Positions 51,318-63,449 of a stretch of 64,000 bases of DNA are shown one piece after another. The stretch spans positions 82,238,091 through 82,302,090 of the forward strand of contig NC_052147.1 of the NCBI RefSeq assembly GCF_902713615.1, given 5' to 3'. Position numbers and translations under genes: made by a program. The notes beneath the pieces were generated by a model. It was not told where the DNA came from. It saw nothing but the letters and a program-made list of their open reading frames with translations, and made no database searches. Every line of letters starts with the position of its first letter. Position 1 is the first letter of the stretch. The stretch comes from Scyliorhinus canicula (taxonomy: Eukaryota).

Positions 51318-52049
51318 TTTAGGAGACCTTAAATAGTAAATTAAAACATTTATTAACAAAAGAAAACTTAGACATGCAATATTACATTTACACAATGAAA
51401 ATTAGTCTTGCAGAACATTCCCCCATTCTCTCCCCCCCCCCAAAGATTTCTACTTGGATAGACTCACAAGTAAACCCCCCTTTAGGCAATAGTCCCTATA
51501 GATATTTAATTTACAAAAAAATACAGTAATATTACCACAAGGTACCCACTGTTACTATAAGTAAGATATGTCACAGCGCTTCTCTCTCTCTCTTCCCGCT
51601 GTGGACTGCTTTTTGAAAAAAACTATTTTTGGAAATAACTTTTTGTGCACAGTTGCATAAGAAACCGTTTCTTCAGCATACTGGCAGGGCAGTGGGGAGT
51701 GGAAGATGTGTAAGGTAGTGGCATCATGGTGGAAGAGGATCCTTTCAATATGGAGGCAGGTGGGGACAAGCGGAACCCTATTGCGGTTCTGGGAGGGAGG
51801 GGAAGGCGGAGACCAGAAGTGCAGGAAACACAATTGTGGAGGTAGCATCAGAGCAAATATGAGCGGAACAGAGAACCTGAGAGAAAAAACGTATATAACA
51901 GTGTTCTGCAGTTCTCATCACATTTGGAAAACTTTATAGTCAGGATTCTTTTGTGTGGAAGTGGGGATATCTTGTTTCGTTTTGCCAATATTATTATTTT
52001 ATTCTGGTGCAGCAACATAATATATTTTTAACCATATGTTCATTTTCAG

Positions 52050-52225
52050 TTACCAGCTAATAAGGATGCATTTAGGAAGACATGGAACCCCAAGTACACA
52101 CTACGGAGTCACTTTGATGGAGTACGTGCTTTAGCTTTCCATCCTGTAGAGCCTGTGCTGGTTACAGCCTCTGAAGACCACACCCTTAAGCTTTGGAATC
52201 TCCAGAAAACTGTCCCTGCCAAAAA
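52050..52225 (+). CDS. STRN3: STRN3 next coding exon (first WD40 repeat)
   Basis: TTTTCAG acceptor ending at 52049 and GTATGT donor at 52226. Translates LPANKDAFRKTWNPKYTLRSHFDGVRALAFHPVEPVLVTASEDHTLKLWNLQKTVPAK(K). Joins the 333-466 exon in phase 0 as ...FSYD|LPANK..., as in striatin-3. Confidence 0.95.
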
Positions 52226-52957
52226 GTATGTTTTTTAAGTTGCTTTTGTATAATTGAAATTTACATATGACAGAGGTAGAAATTAATATTTTTGCGTGCA
52301 CGTTTCCAGGTCCAGGTGGGTACCACAAAGAGAGGTTTTGCAGCATGACTTTCTGTACCGGAATGACATTCTATATATGCACAACACCATATTGATGCCC
52401 ATTCCAGGTGGCTGCCTGAAACAAAATATAGGCATTAGATAAATATGTCAATCAGGGTACTGTGTCTGAGACAGGACCCTTTTATGAAATTAATGCCTTT
52501 GTGCTCCTGAAATGTGGCTCCCTTAACTTACCCATCAGTTATAGCATGAGGCAGCTTGCATCAGTACTATTTAAAAATAATTTTAATCTTTATTTAGTTA
52601 AGTCTCAGATCTTTTTTAATTTTCTAGGTCCTTATAGACCACCCTGGCAAGTATTCGTCTGTGAGAGACATCTCTCTAGACAGTGAATTTGTGGAGGGCA
52701 AGAACTAATTCACAGGATTTGCTTGTTATCAATCGCTGACTATGTAAATGCTGCCACTTAACCTCCTAAATCAGGAAGAGCAGCAGCAGCAAAGATCTAT
52801 ATCAGCTGCAAGAAGTGGCCAAACGAGGCATTGCAATATTTGGGTTTTCATGTATGAGGCAATGGAAAATAGGCACTTAACCTATGCCTCCTGTTAGCAT
52901 GAGAATTGGAGTGTAACACAAGGCAGGCAGTGAGCTGCCTGTGAAAATGAAGGTTAG

Positions 52958-53146
52958 GGCGGCACGTGGCACAATGGTTAGTATAGCTGCCTACAGCACT
53001 GAGGACCCAGGCTCGAATCCCAGCCCTGGGTCACTGTCAGTGTGGAGTTTACACATTCTCCCTGTGTCTGCGTGGATTTCACCCCCACAATCCAAAGATG
53101 TGCAGGTTAGGTGGATTGGCATGCTAAATTGCCCCTTAATTAAAAC
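52958..53146 (+). mobile_element. Short V-SINE with 14-bp TSD
   Basis: TSD AAAATGAAGGTTAG / AAAATGAAAGTTAG at 52944-52957 and 53147-53160. Confidence 0.82.
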
Positions 53147-53259
53147 AAAATGAAAGTTAGTGTGCCTCTAAACATATATCCCTCTGGCTCCTTCTAAAGT
53201 GCTTCTCGTGACATCAGCCTGTGGTGCACTCGGTGTTCTGTGAGTGTCATTGCCTTCCT

Positions 53260-53770
53260 CGATTAGGCTCATGAGCAGGAACAAAGCACAACGGTTTGCC
53301 GGCATTCCCGCAGATGTACGACATCATGGACTACACCCTTGAATGCTTGCATGCTTCCAATAACGAGTCAGCACTGCTTCAACAGGAAGGACTTCCATTT
53401 CCTCAATCTTCGTTTTGTGCGCACATGTTCTGAATCATGTGATTTTTTATGGCATAACCATGAGGTTTTCAGGTATCGCAGTATTCAACTTCTTTATTCA
53501 GCCGTCTTGGCAATCTGGCTGCTGGAAATGATGGCTTTCCCCTCACCAGTGGCTCTTAATTCCTTCCAGGAATTCAGGCACAGATGCTAAGCATCGATAT
53601 AATGAAAACTGCATAACAATGGTTCTGATTGAGCAAACTATTGTCGAATCCAAAACAATAGATCCACCGTCTGGCATTTCGAGAAGGATCCTCAGTACAA
53701 CCCAGAGTAGTTGTCAAGATTCATAATCATTTGCTGCATGTTCTGCAGCAGCAGTTCCCAAATGTGGATT
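53260..53770 (+). pseudogene. Degenerate Harbinger (HARBI1-like DDE) transposase fragment
   Basis: FNRKDFHFLN (cf. NRKGFHSLN), WLL(G)D.GFP-like, IEQTI and QYNPE*LSRFIIICCM motifs occur in the expected order across frames. Confidence 0.6.
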
Positions 53771-53859
53771 GCGACCCCCAGGAGATCACTGGAGTCACAT
53801 TTGGAATTGCCAGCTCCCCCTTCTCTTAGCAGCAATGGTAACTGTGTAAGAGGAGTCAA

Positions 53860-54072
53860 TGGTAGCCATGATGTGGAGATGCCGGCGTTGGACTGGGGTG
53901 AGCACAGTAAGAAGTCTTACAACACCAGGTTAAAGTCCAACAGGTTTGTTTCAAACACGAGCTTTCGGAGCACGGCTCCTTCTTCACCTGAAGAAGGAGC
54001 CGTGCTCCGTAAGCTCGTGTTTGAAACAAACCTGTTGGACTTTAACCTGGTGTTGTAAGACTTCTTACTGTG
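53860..54072. mobile_element. Palindromic Penelope-derived insertion carrying minimal hammerhead motifs
   Basis: 84-bp inverted arms 53903-53986 and 53989-54072 with one mismatch; core CTGAAGA-AGGAGC-CGT-GCTCC-G(A/T)AA-GCTC. Flanked by the direct repeat ACTGTGTAAGAGGAG(T/A)CAA. Confidence 0.75.
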
Positions 54073-54622
54073 TAAGAGGAGACAACCCAATCTGGATGGG
54101 TTGTCTCCTCTTCCCAGTCAAGGAGGACAGCCCTGAACCCACTGGATCAATTGCACCAAACAGCACTTTTAGCGGCGAGTGTGAATGGGCTGAGCTGACT
54201 TGGCACAGGCAGAGATTGATAGAAACTGTAACCGAAGTACAGGAGAAAATGTGAGGCTGATACCTGAAGTTGAGTGGTAACTTCAAACTTTACTGTGTCT
54301 CTATCCCTGTTTGCCTGTTGCACAGGCTCCTTACTCTGGGCTAGTAAACCAAAAGACGGGCTGGCCAGTATGTGTGGGTGCGGAGGGAGGTTAGGAAGAA
54401 GTGTGTGAGGGGGGGGGTTGAATCCTCTATTACCAGAGAATATGGAACATTTGACTGAAAGCTACATGAGAACATTAAATAAAAAATTTTCAAAGTTCTT
54501 TAAAACCAGATTCTTATAAATAATCTCTGAATATATGTTGATCTATAATAACTGAACTTGTATACAAAATGTTGTTGTTCTGCCTTATTTGCTTTTTGTT
54601 ATTAATGGCATCTGGGTCATAT

Positions 54623-54977
54623 TGGGCAGCACGGTAGCATAGTGGTTATCACAAATGCTTCACAGCTCCAGGGTCGCAGGTTCGAATCCCCGCTGGGTCA
54701 CTGTCTATGCAGAGTCTGCACGTTCTCTCTCCCTTGTCTGCGTGGGTTTCCTCCGGGTGCTCCGGTTTCCTCCCAAAGTCCAAAGATGTGCTGGTTAAGT
54801 GGATTGGCCATGCCGAATTGCCCTTAGTGTCCAAATTGCCCTTAGTGTTGGGTGGGGTTACTGGGTTATGGAGATAGGATGGAGGTGTGGGCTTGGGTAG
54901 GGTGCTCTTTCCAAGAGCTGGTGCAGACTCGATGGGCTGAATGGTCTCCTGCACTGTAAATTCTATGAAATCTATGA
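54623..54977 (+). mobile_element. HE1-like V-SINE (long form)
   Basis: tRNA head, V-domain and ttctatgaaatctatgaa tail. Confidence 0.88.
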
Positions 54978-55249
54978 AATATTACTTTTCAAGTGCTAGA
55001 AAATTGGGAAGCACAGCTCTATCACTCAAAGCTGAGTTGTTGTTGAGTTATCTGAGAAGGAAGTGGAGCAGAAAGATAAAGAATGGCTTGAGGAACCAGA
55101 GGATGCAGAGAAAGAGCACAATGCAGCAGCATTAGGGCTGCCAGAGTAATAAAAAATTATTGAACAGTTTCTCCCGAATAATCACTCCCCCACCTAGTCA
55201 TCAACATTCCTTCTCAAATCTGACCCAGTCCCAAAACAATGTTTAATTT

Positions 55250-58200
55250 TTTCGTTTTTTTTTAGACAGTATTTTATTGAGGCATTTAGAATTCTAACAA
55301 TTTTAAACATCAAATTTCAAGAACAAAAACCCAACAATATAACCAAAAAAAAACCCACCGATAACAAACCCCCGCCAACATGGCTTACACAAATAGAGTC
55401 ACTTTCCCCAGCCCCCTGCCGTTGTTTCTCCTGCCCTTACTCGTCTCCCCCTTCCCCACCCCCCCTTCCCCATGCTGACAGCTTAATTTTTCTCAAAAAG
55501 GCGATGAACAGCTGCCACCTCCGAGCAAAACTCTTCAACGAACCCCTCAAAGCGAATTTAATTTTCTCGAGTCTGACAAACCCCGCCATGTCGCTAACCC
55601 ATACCCCCGACTTCAGGGGTTCCGAGTCCCTCCATCCTAGTCGGATCCGTCTCCGGGCCACCAGGGAGGCAAAGGCCAAGACATCAACCCCTCTCATCCC
55701 CTGGGCTCCCGGATCTTCTGACATGCCAAAGATCGCCACCTCTAGATTCGGTGCCACCCTTATTTTTAATACCTCTGACGTAGACATAGACATGAATTTA
55801 CAGTGCAGAAGGAGGCCATTCGACCCAACGAGTCTGCACCAACGCTTGGAAAGAACACCCCACACCTCCACCCAATCCCCGTAACCCAGTAACCCCACCT
55901 AACCTTTTTGGACACTAAGGGCAATTTAGCATGGCCAATCCACCTAACCTGCACATCTTTAGACTGTGGGAATAAACCAGACGTCGGCAAATCCCTGCCA
56001 AAATCCACTCCGCCTCGGACATGCCCAAAACACATAGACGTGGTTCGCAGGCCCCCCTGCACAGTGCCCACATCTACCTCCACCCCCTCAAAGAACCTGC
56101 TCATTCGGGCCACAGTCATATCTGCCCTGTGCACCACATTAAATTGTATCAGGCTGAGCCTGGCACACGACGAGGATGCATTGACTCACCTCAGAGCCTT
56201 TTCCCATAATCCGGCCTCCAACTCCCTACCCAACACTTCTACCCACCTACTCTTCACCTCCCCTATCAAAGAACAAAGAAAAGTACAGCACAGGAACAGG
56301 CCCTTCGGCCCTCCAATCCTGCGCCAGCCATGCTGCCCGTCTAAGCTAAAATCTTCTACGCTTCCGGGGTCCGTATCCCTCTATTCCCATCCTATTCATG
56401 TATTTGTCAATTTGTGTATTTGTGGGGCTCCATCCTACTCCATCAGTTCCTTACAAATCTCTGAGACCTTCCCCTCTCCTACTTCTGTTCTCGACACCAC
56501 CATATCCTGTAGTCCCCGGTGCAGCAGGTGCGGGTAGGTCGAAACCTGCCTCGGCATCAAATCTTCACTTGTAAATACCGAAACCCATTCCCACCTGGCA
56601 ACTCAAACACCTCCTCCAGCTCCTCCAAGCTCGGGAAACCTCATCAATAAACAGATCTCCAAATCTCTCGATCCCTGCCCGCTGCCACCTACAAAACCTC
56701 CCCATCCAGCCCACCCACCCTCCAACCCCATGTGCTGTCTCCACACCCTCAGGACTGCCACTACTTCCGGGCTTTCAGAGTACCTGGCCGGCGAGAATGG
56801 CAGAGATGCCGTTAACAGTGTCCCTAAACTCATGCCCCTACATGAGCCCGCCTCCGCCCATTCCGAAACCGAACCCTCCCCCGCTTCCCACTTCCTGACC
56901 ATCGCAATATTCGCCGCCCAGTAGTAATTGATAAAGTTCGGAACAGCCAGCCCACGTTTCTGCTCCAGCAGCACCTCTTTAAGCCGTGAGGTTTTACCAA
57001 CCCAAACTAATCCCGAGATCATTGTATTCACTTTTTTAAAAAGCACCCTGGGGATAAAAATTGGAAGGCACTGAAAAACAAACAACAACTTCAGGAGGGC
57101 CTTCATTTTAACTGTTCGTACCCGCCTCGCCAATGATAATGTCCGTACCCGCCTCGCCAATGACAATAGGAGCGCATCCCACCTCCGAAAGGCCCCCATA
57201 TCTGTTCTACCAACCGATCCAAATTCAGGTTATGCAGCTGTTCCCACTCCGGCACCACCTGGCTACCCAAATACCGAAAGATCCCCCTACCACCTTGAAA
57301 GACCCCCCCCCCCCCCCCCCCCCCAACCACCACCACCACCGTACTATCCCTTGCTAGACCCTCAATGCTCTGTGCCATTGCCAACAGCTCTGTCGCCAAG
57401 GCAAACAACAGTGGGGAAAGTGGGAACCCCTACTTGGACCCCAATGAAACCTGAACTAGTCTGATCTCACCCTGTTCGTCTGCACACTCTCCATCGGTGC
57501 CTAGTGTAGCAACCGGACCCAGTCCGCAAAGCCCTGCCCAAACCGAAACTGCCCCAGGACCTCCCATAAGTATTCCCACTCCACCCGATCAAAGGTCTTC
57601 TCCGCGTCCGTGGCCACCACCACCTCAACTTTGCATCATAACCTCCTAATGTTGGTCACCAAATGCCTCCCCTTTACAAACCCCGTCTGGTCCTCCCCTA
57701 TTACCCCTGGGACACAATCTCCAATCCTCGTGGCCAGGATCTTCGCCAACAGTTTGGCATCTACATTTTACGGAGAGATCGGTCTGTATGACCCACAATT
57801 TTCCGAGTCCTTATCTCGCTTTAAAATGAGGGAGATCGACGTCTGTGCCAAAGTCGGGAGGAGCACTCCCAACTCCTTTGCCTCATTGAAGGCCCTTACC
57901 AACAGTGGTCCCAACACCACCGAGAAATTCTTGTAAAATTCCACCGGGTACCCGTCTGGTCCCGGGACCTTACCTGATTGAATTGCCTCCAGCCCCTCCA
58001 CTACTTCTGTCAGTTCAATTGGGGCCCCCAGGCCCTCCACCAGCCTCTCATCAACCTTTGGGAACTCCAACCCTCCCAGAAACCTCCTCATTCCCTCTTC
58101 CCCGGCTGGGGCTTCCAACTCATACAATTGTCTATAAAAGTCCCAAAACACCCCCGCCGGGTCCAGGACCGTATTCCCACCTGTGTGCTTCACTTTCCGA

Positions 58201-60645
58201 ACCTCTCTCGCCGCCTCTTGCTTCCTCAACGAGTGCGCTAACATCCTGCTCGCTTTCTCCCCATACTCATATACCGCCCCTCAACCTTCTCAACTGCCCT
58301 ACTGTCTACCCGTAAATAACAGCCCGAATTCCATTTGCAACCTCTGCCCTTCCTTTAACAGCCCTTTCTCCGGGGTCGCTGCATATCTCCTGTCCACCTG
58401 CAGGATTTTTTCCACTAGCCTTTCTATCTCCGCCATCTCCCTATGTGCCCAAATCAAAATAACTCCCGCCTGACCACTGCCTTCACTGCCTCCCAAACTG
58501 TACCTGCCGAAACCTCCCAGGTGTCATTAATCACTGCATAGCCCTAGATTGCCTTCCTCACCCGCTCGCACACCTCCTCCTCCACTAACAGACCCACATC
58601 CAGCCTCCATTGCTGGCGCTGGGCCCACCCCTTTGCTCTTTGTAAATCCACCCAGTGCAGGGCATGGTCCGATAGCACTATCGGCGAATACGCAATATCA
58701 ACCACCCCTACCAACAACGTCTTAAAGTCGTACCCCTACAATCAACCGATGAGAGTCCAGGGGCGAAATTCTCCGACCCCCCGCAGGGTCGGAGAATCGC
58801 CTGGGACCGGTGAAAATCCCGCCCCTGCTGTGGCCGTAATTCTCCGCCACCCGGGAATTGGCGGGGGCGGGAATCACGCCTCGCCGATCGGCGTGCCCTC
58901 CGCGCCGATCAGCGAGCCCCCTGCGGCGATTCTCCGGCCCGCGATGCGCCAAAGTCCCGCCGCTGAGAGGCCTCTCCCGCCGCCGTTGTTTCAACCACCT
59001 CTGGTGGTGGCGTGTTTGGCGACGCGAGCGGGCCCCCGGGGTCCTGGGAGGGGGGCGCGGGGCGATCGGACCCCGGGGGGTGCCCCCACGGTGGCCAGGC
59101 CCACGATCGGGGCCCACCGATTGGCAGGCGGGCCAGTGCCGTGTGGACACTCTTTTTCTTCCGCCACCGCCACGTCCTCCACCATGGCGGATGCGCCGGT
59201 GGTGGCGGCAGCTGACGCACTGGCGCATGCGCGAACCGGCGAAGGCCTTTCGGCCAGCCCCGAAGCCGGGCTGCGGGCGTCAAAGGCCGTTGGCGCCGGT
59301 TTTGGCGCCAGTCGGCGTGGCACCAACCACTCTGGCGTGGGCCTAGCCCCTAAAGGTGCAGAGAAGTCCGCACCTTTGGGGAGGCCCGACGCCGGAGTGG
59401 TTGGCGCTACGCTGGGACCCCCCGCCCCGGCGGTTAGTGGAGAATCCCGGCCCAGGTCAGGGATCATCCCCAGCACTTGCCTCATAAATTCAACATCGTT
59501 CCAGTTCAGGGCATAGATGTTTACTATCACCACCAGCATCCCCTCCAGTTTCCCACTTACCATAATGTAGCTTCCCCCAGAGTCAGCAACTATATTTCTC
59601 ACCTCAAACGCCACCCGCTTATTGACCAAAATCGCCCCCTTTCATTTTAGAGTCCATTCCCGAATTAAATACTTGCCCAGTCCATCTCTTCCTCGGCCTA
59701 GTCTGGTCCCCCACCTTCCGGCGAGTCTCTTGTAGCATGGCCACATCCGCCTTCAATCTTTTTAAATGTGCAAACGTATGGGCCCTCTTGACTGGCCCAT
59801 TCATTCCATGCACGTTACACGTGATCAGCCTCTTGCCCTCCCAGGTGCAGCGCTTTGTCTGCCTGGCCCACCTCATTATTTAATCCTTGTCTAGGAACCG
59901 GTGCAACCGCACCACCATCACCCATGGCAGCTTGTTCCCCTGGGGCTTCCTCATTAGCGCCCTAGGCACTCAATCCACCTCCAAAGACCATGCGAATGCA
60001 CCCTCTCTGAGCAGCTTCTCCAGCATCCTCCCCACATACGCGCCAGCATCGGCTCCTTCACTCCCCTCCGGCTAGCCCACGATCCTTATGTTCAGCCTAC
60101 GTGACTGGTTCTCCAGGTCTTCAAACTTCTGAAGCCGCCTCTGCTGGTCTCACATCAGCCCCATCTCTGCTGCCATCGAGGCAAGCTGCTCCTCGTGTTC
60201 CCTCGCCACCACCTCCATCTTCTGAATCACCTGACCCTGGGCTGCCAGCTTCCTTTCCACACGGTCGACCACCACCTTAATCAAATCCACCACCCGGGCC
60301 AGGTCCTCCAGACTCTTCTTGAGTTGCTGTGTGAACGTCTCATTCAGGAAGCTCACCAGCTGGTCCGTTGATCATTGAGACGGCAGGGCCGCTCCCTGCC
60401 CCTCCGTCATCTCCACATGCGTTGCGGGCGCCACGCCAGCTCCAACCGACTGATTCTCTCTTTTTCGACCGCATCTGGCCCTCAGCTCCATACACCAGTG
60501 GGTCAATCTCTTCCACTCACTCTCCTACACCTTTTTGTCTCCTCATATTCACCTATTAACTGGGGGAAAGGTCCGAAAAAAACGCCACAAGCGGGAGCCA
60601 CCAAATATGCGACCACTCACTCCACAGCCACCACCGGAAGTCCCC
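55250..60645 (-). mobile_element. Near full-length L1-like LINE (decayed) with nested SINE, CR1 tail and MITE
   Basis: 5' GGGACTTCCGG, ORF1 coiled coil/LEN motif, EN (TCNVHGMNGPVKR, LQET), RT (GPDGYPVEFYK, YRPIS) and poly(A)-like 3' end at ~55250. Confidence 0.85.
58761..59452. mobile_element. GC/CpG-rich Harbinger-type MITE (692 bp)
   Basis: TIRs GGGCGAAATTCTCC / GGCCGGGATTCTCC and 3-bp TSD CAG. Removing it restores the L1 EN sequence (IPDL|DSHRL). Confidence 0.85.
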
Positions 60646-60747
60646 TTTATTTTTTCCTAACCCTCTGAAGACAACAGCTAAACTAAAGACAACATTTTAC
60701 TTTACTGCTCCAAAATACTCTTTACTTTGACAACTGGTTATAACATA

Positions 60748-61235
60748 GGGCGCGATTCTCCCAAAAGGGAACAAAATCCCCAGTGAGCGTGTTTAGCTGC
60801 GTATTTCCAGCATTCGCAGTGCCAAGAAGCACATCGCTATTCAACGCGGCTCGCATTGTATAAGGGGCCTGAACGGGGAATGCGTGACCAAGGCCGCATA
60901 TAGGCGTTTTGAGCCCTCGTCACACCCTCTCCAACAACACCCAAGCCAGGCACCCTGGCCCGACCGCGCATGTGTAAAAAATGCCAGCTTGGCACCTTGG
61001 CAGTGCCAGGCTGACACCCAGGTGCCACTGCCAGGGTGCCCAGGTGGAACCAGCTGTGACAGGGCACCACCCTGCCCAAAGGGCATGCAGCTGGGGAACT
61101 TCAATCCCCTGGGAGACCCCCCCACAAGTGCCGTTCCATCTGATCCCCGTTTGTGGGGACCAGTGCCGAATAGCGCTCACCCGAGATCTCCGAGGCGAAG
61201 GGGATGAATTCCAAATCCTTGGGTTCCTCGGGAAT
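60748..61235. mobile_element. Truncated GC-rich Harbinger-type element
   Basis: Starts with the family TIR GGGCGCGATTCTCC and shares ttggcaccttggcagt with 44600-44880. Confidence 0.55.
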
Positions 61236-61239
61236 CTGC

Positions 61240-61730
61240 ACGTCTCTCAATTTACACCCATTCAAATAATAATCCGCCGTCCTATTTTTGCAACCAAAGT
61301 GAATAACCTCATTAATCCATATTATACTGCATCTGCCATTCATATGCCCACTCATTCACATTGAAGCATCTTGTGTCGTCTTCACAGCTCGCCCTCCCAC
61401 CCAACTTTATATCATCTGTACATTTGGAGATAGTACATTTAGTTCTGTTGGCCAGATCATTAATATATAACGTGAACATTTGGGGTGCTAGCAGAGATCC
61501 CTGCGTACGGTGCGCCAGTAGTCACTGCCTGCCAATTGGAACAAGACCCATTTATTCCAACTCTTTGCTTCCTGTCTGCTAACCAACTTTCTATCCATCT
61601 CAAAACACTATCTACAATTCTATGCACTTTAACTTGACATAGGGATCTGGTATGTGAGACTTTGTCGAAAGCTTTCTGAAAGTCTAAATACACCACATCC
61701 ATCGGTTCTCCCTGGTCAATTTTACGAGTT
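61240..61730 (-). mobile_element. Old CR1 RT fragment
   Basis: MDVVYLDFQKAFDKV...WLADRKQRVGING and EVIHFG..N...YYLNG. Confidence 0.8.
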
Positions 61731-63449
61731 ACATAACTATTGCCTATCTGAAAATTACCCTTAGGCAGAGTCCTAGCTCCTTTCTGTTGTTGGTTACCTA
61801 TTAATGTTTCTGAGGTAGTTTTTCAGTGGCTACAAATGGGAAATGTTTGATTGCTGATCTTTAGGGCACTTGAGATGGGAATGATAGCAATTGTTGTTCA
61901 GATGCACCTCCAACATGCAGACCTCTGAGTGTAACTACACCACATGGATTATAATGATTCAAGAGGGTGGCTCACTTGCGGATAATTTGTGATGTGAAAC
62001 AAGTACTGATCTTGCCGGAGACCCACTAATCCCATGAATGAATAAAGAAAGATCTGGTGAATTGTTCTCAGCGCCAGTCTCTGAACTGGTGTCTAAACGT
62101 CTATAAATTGAGTTATGCATCCTGTTCTGAAGAGCTGCTCCCTTTTTCTGCTTTCCAAAGGTTGTGTGGAGTTTCTGGACATGCAGTGGAAAAACGTAAC
62201 CTGGTTTAGCTTCAATGATTTGGATGAGCAGAAACCACTGAAAGCAGCTTCTGAAAGCAGCATGATGTGAAAATGTGAGGTTTTAGGAGTAAGGGAATTA
62301 GGGGAATGTGGTCTAAAACCCTGCAGGACTTGTTCTCCAGCCTCATCAGATTGAAAGCTCCTGATACATCTCTGCTCACAATGTCCATCGCTCATCATTT
62401 ATGTGGAGACAGCAGAGAATGAATGATGGCCATGTCATATAATTTCCTGCTCCCTCTTGTATATAAGATTACCCTATGAGAAAAATGGAAGTAGGCCAGC
62501 GCTTGTGCAGTGCGAAGTTTGACGGCATGCTTATTAAGGTAGCAAGGTGTTTCTGGTGCATAATCAATGGCAGAATTGTGAAGTGGTAAAGGAAGTACCA
62601 GTGAGGAGAATATTAGTGGGAGTACATGCAGATGAAGAGTGCTGATGATAGGAGAAGAGTGCTGTAATTGATTGAAGGAAGTATTGTGAGCAATGGAGCA
62701 AATATGTAATGAGCACCTGTGCAAGTTTCAGGAAAGAAATTCAACTTCCTGCATTGCAGTTAACATAGACATAGAACAGCACAGAACAGGCCATTCGGCC
62801 CTCGATGTTGTGCCAAGCAATGATCACCCTACTCAAGCCAACGTATCCACCCTATTAAGCTCTAGGAATGATATTTCTGGCACTTACTTGCTCTGCCACG
62901 TTTGCACAATCATACCACACAGCTAGCTTTGATATATTCTGGCTTGCTGGTGGATTGGAGATTCCCTTCTATTACTTTTGCCAACCTGCACCACTCATCC
63001 TTCCAGCACAGCATTAGAAAAATGAGGGGCCCTTGCAGATTTACCATTGGCCACAATCCTCAGTTATCCTTTCCTGCAGCTAAAGTGCACCGCCCCAAGT
63101 GCAGACTGCCATTAAACAGCATCAGCAAAACACAATATTGATGCCCCCCCCCCCCAAACCAATGAAGTGATCTGCAATGAACAGTGCAAGTAGTGATGGA
63201 AGCCCATTTATTTTAATGGTGGGAACACGCCTCACACAGAACTCATTCTACACCTGGAAATGTACATACACCAATCTCTACACCATAGATTCATAACTTT
63301 ACAATTGTATGTGAACTAAGATGTAAGCTATTCAGTTGTATGACAAGTGTGAGTTAAAAATATAATTGGGTGATAATCATAACTTGAGGGAGGCTTGGTG
63401 GAGACATTTTATTTATTTGTTTTGTCCCCATTGCTGTGGGCTTGTGGCA

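Larger units (their letters stand above)
46096..51560 (-). mobile_element. Gmr1-like Ty3/Gypsy LTR retrotransposon (decayed)
   Basis: Related LTRs at ~46096-46320 and ~50863-51400, and a PBS-like AAATGGGGG next to the 5' LTR. SCAN-like gag (49832-50128), integrase (STAYHPESQGALERWH, 48421-48642), then RT (VPKPDGTQRLCIDY...YIDD, 46577-47264). Confidence 0.8.

Noticed and set aside
58722-59629. Long overlapping ORFs (up to 255 aa) on both strands
   Set aside because: They result from the stop-poor GC-rich MITE and show no recognisable domain.
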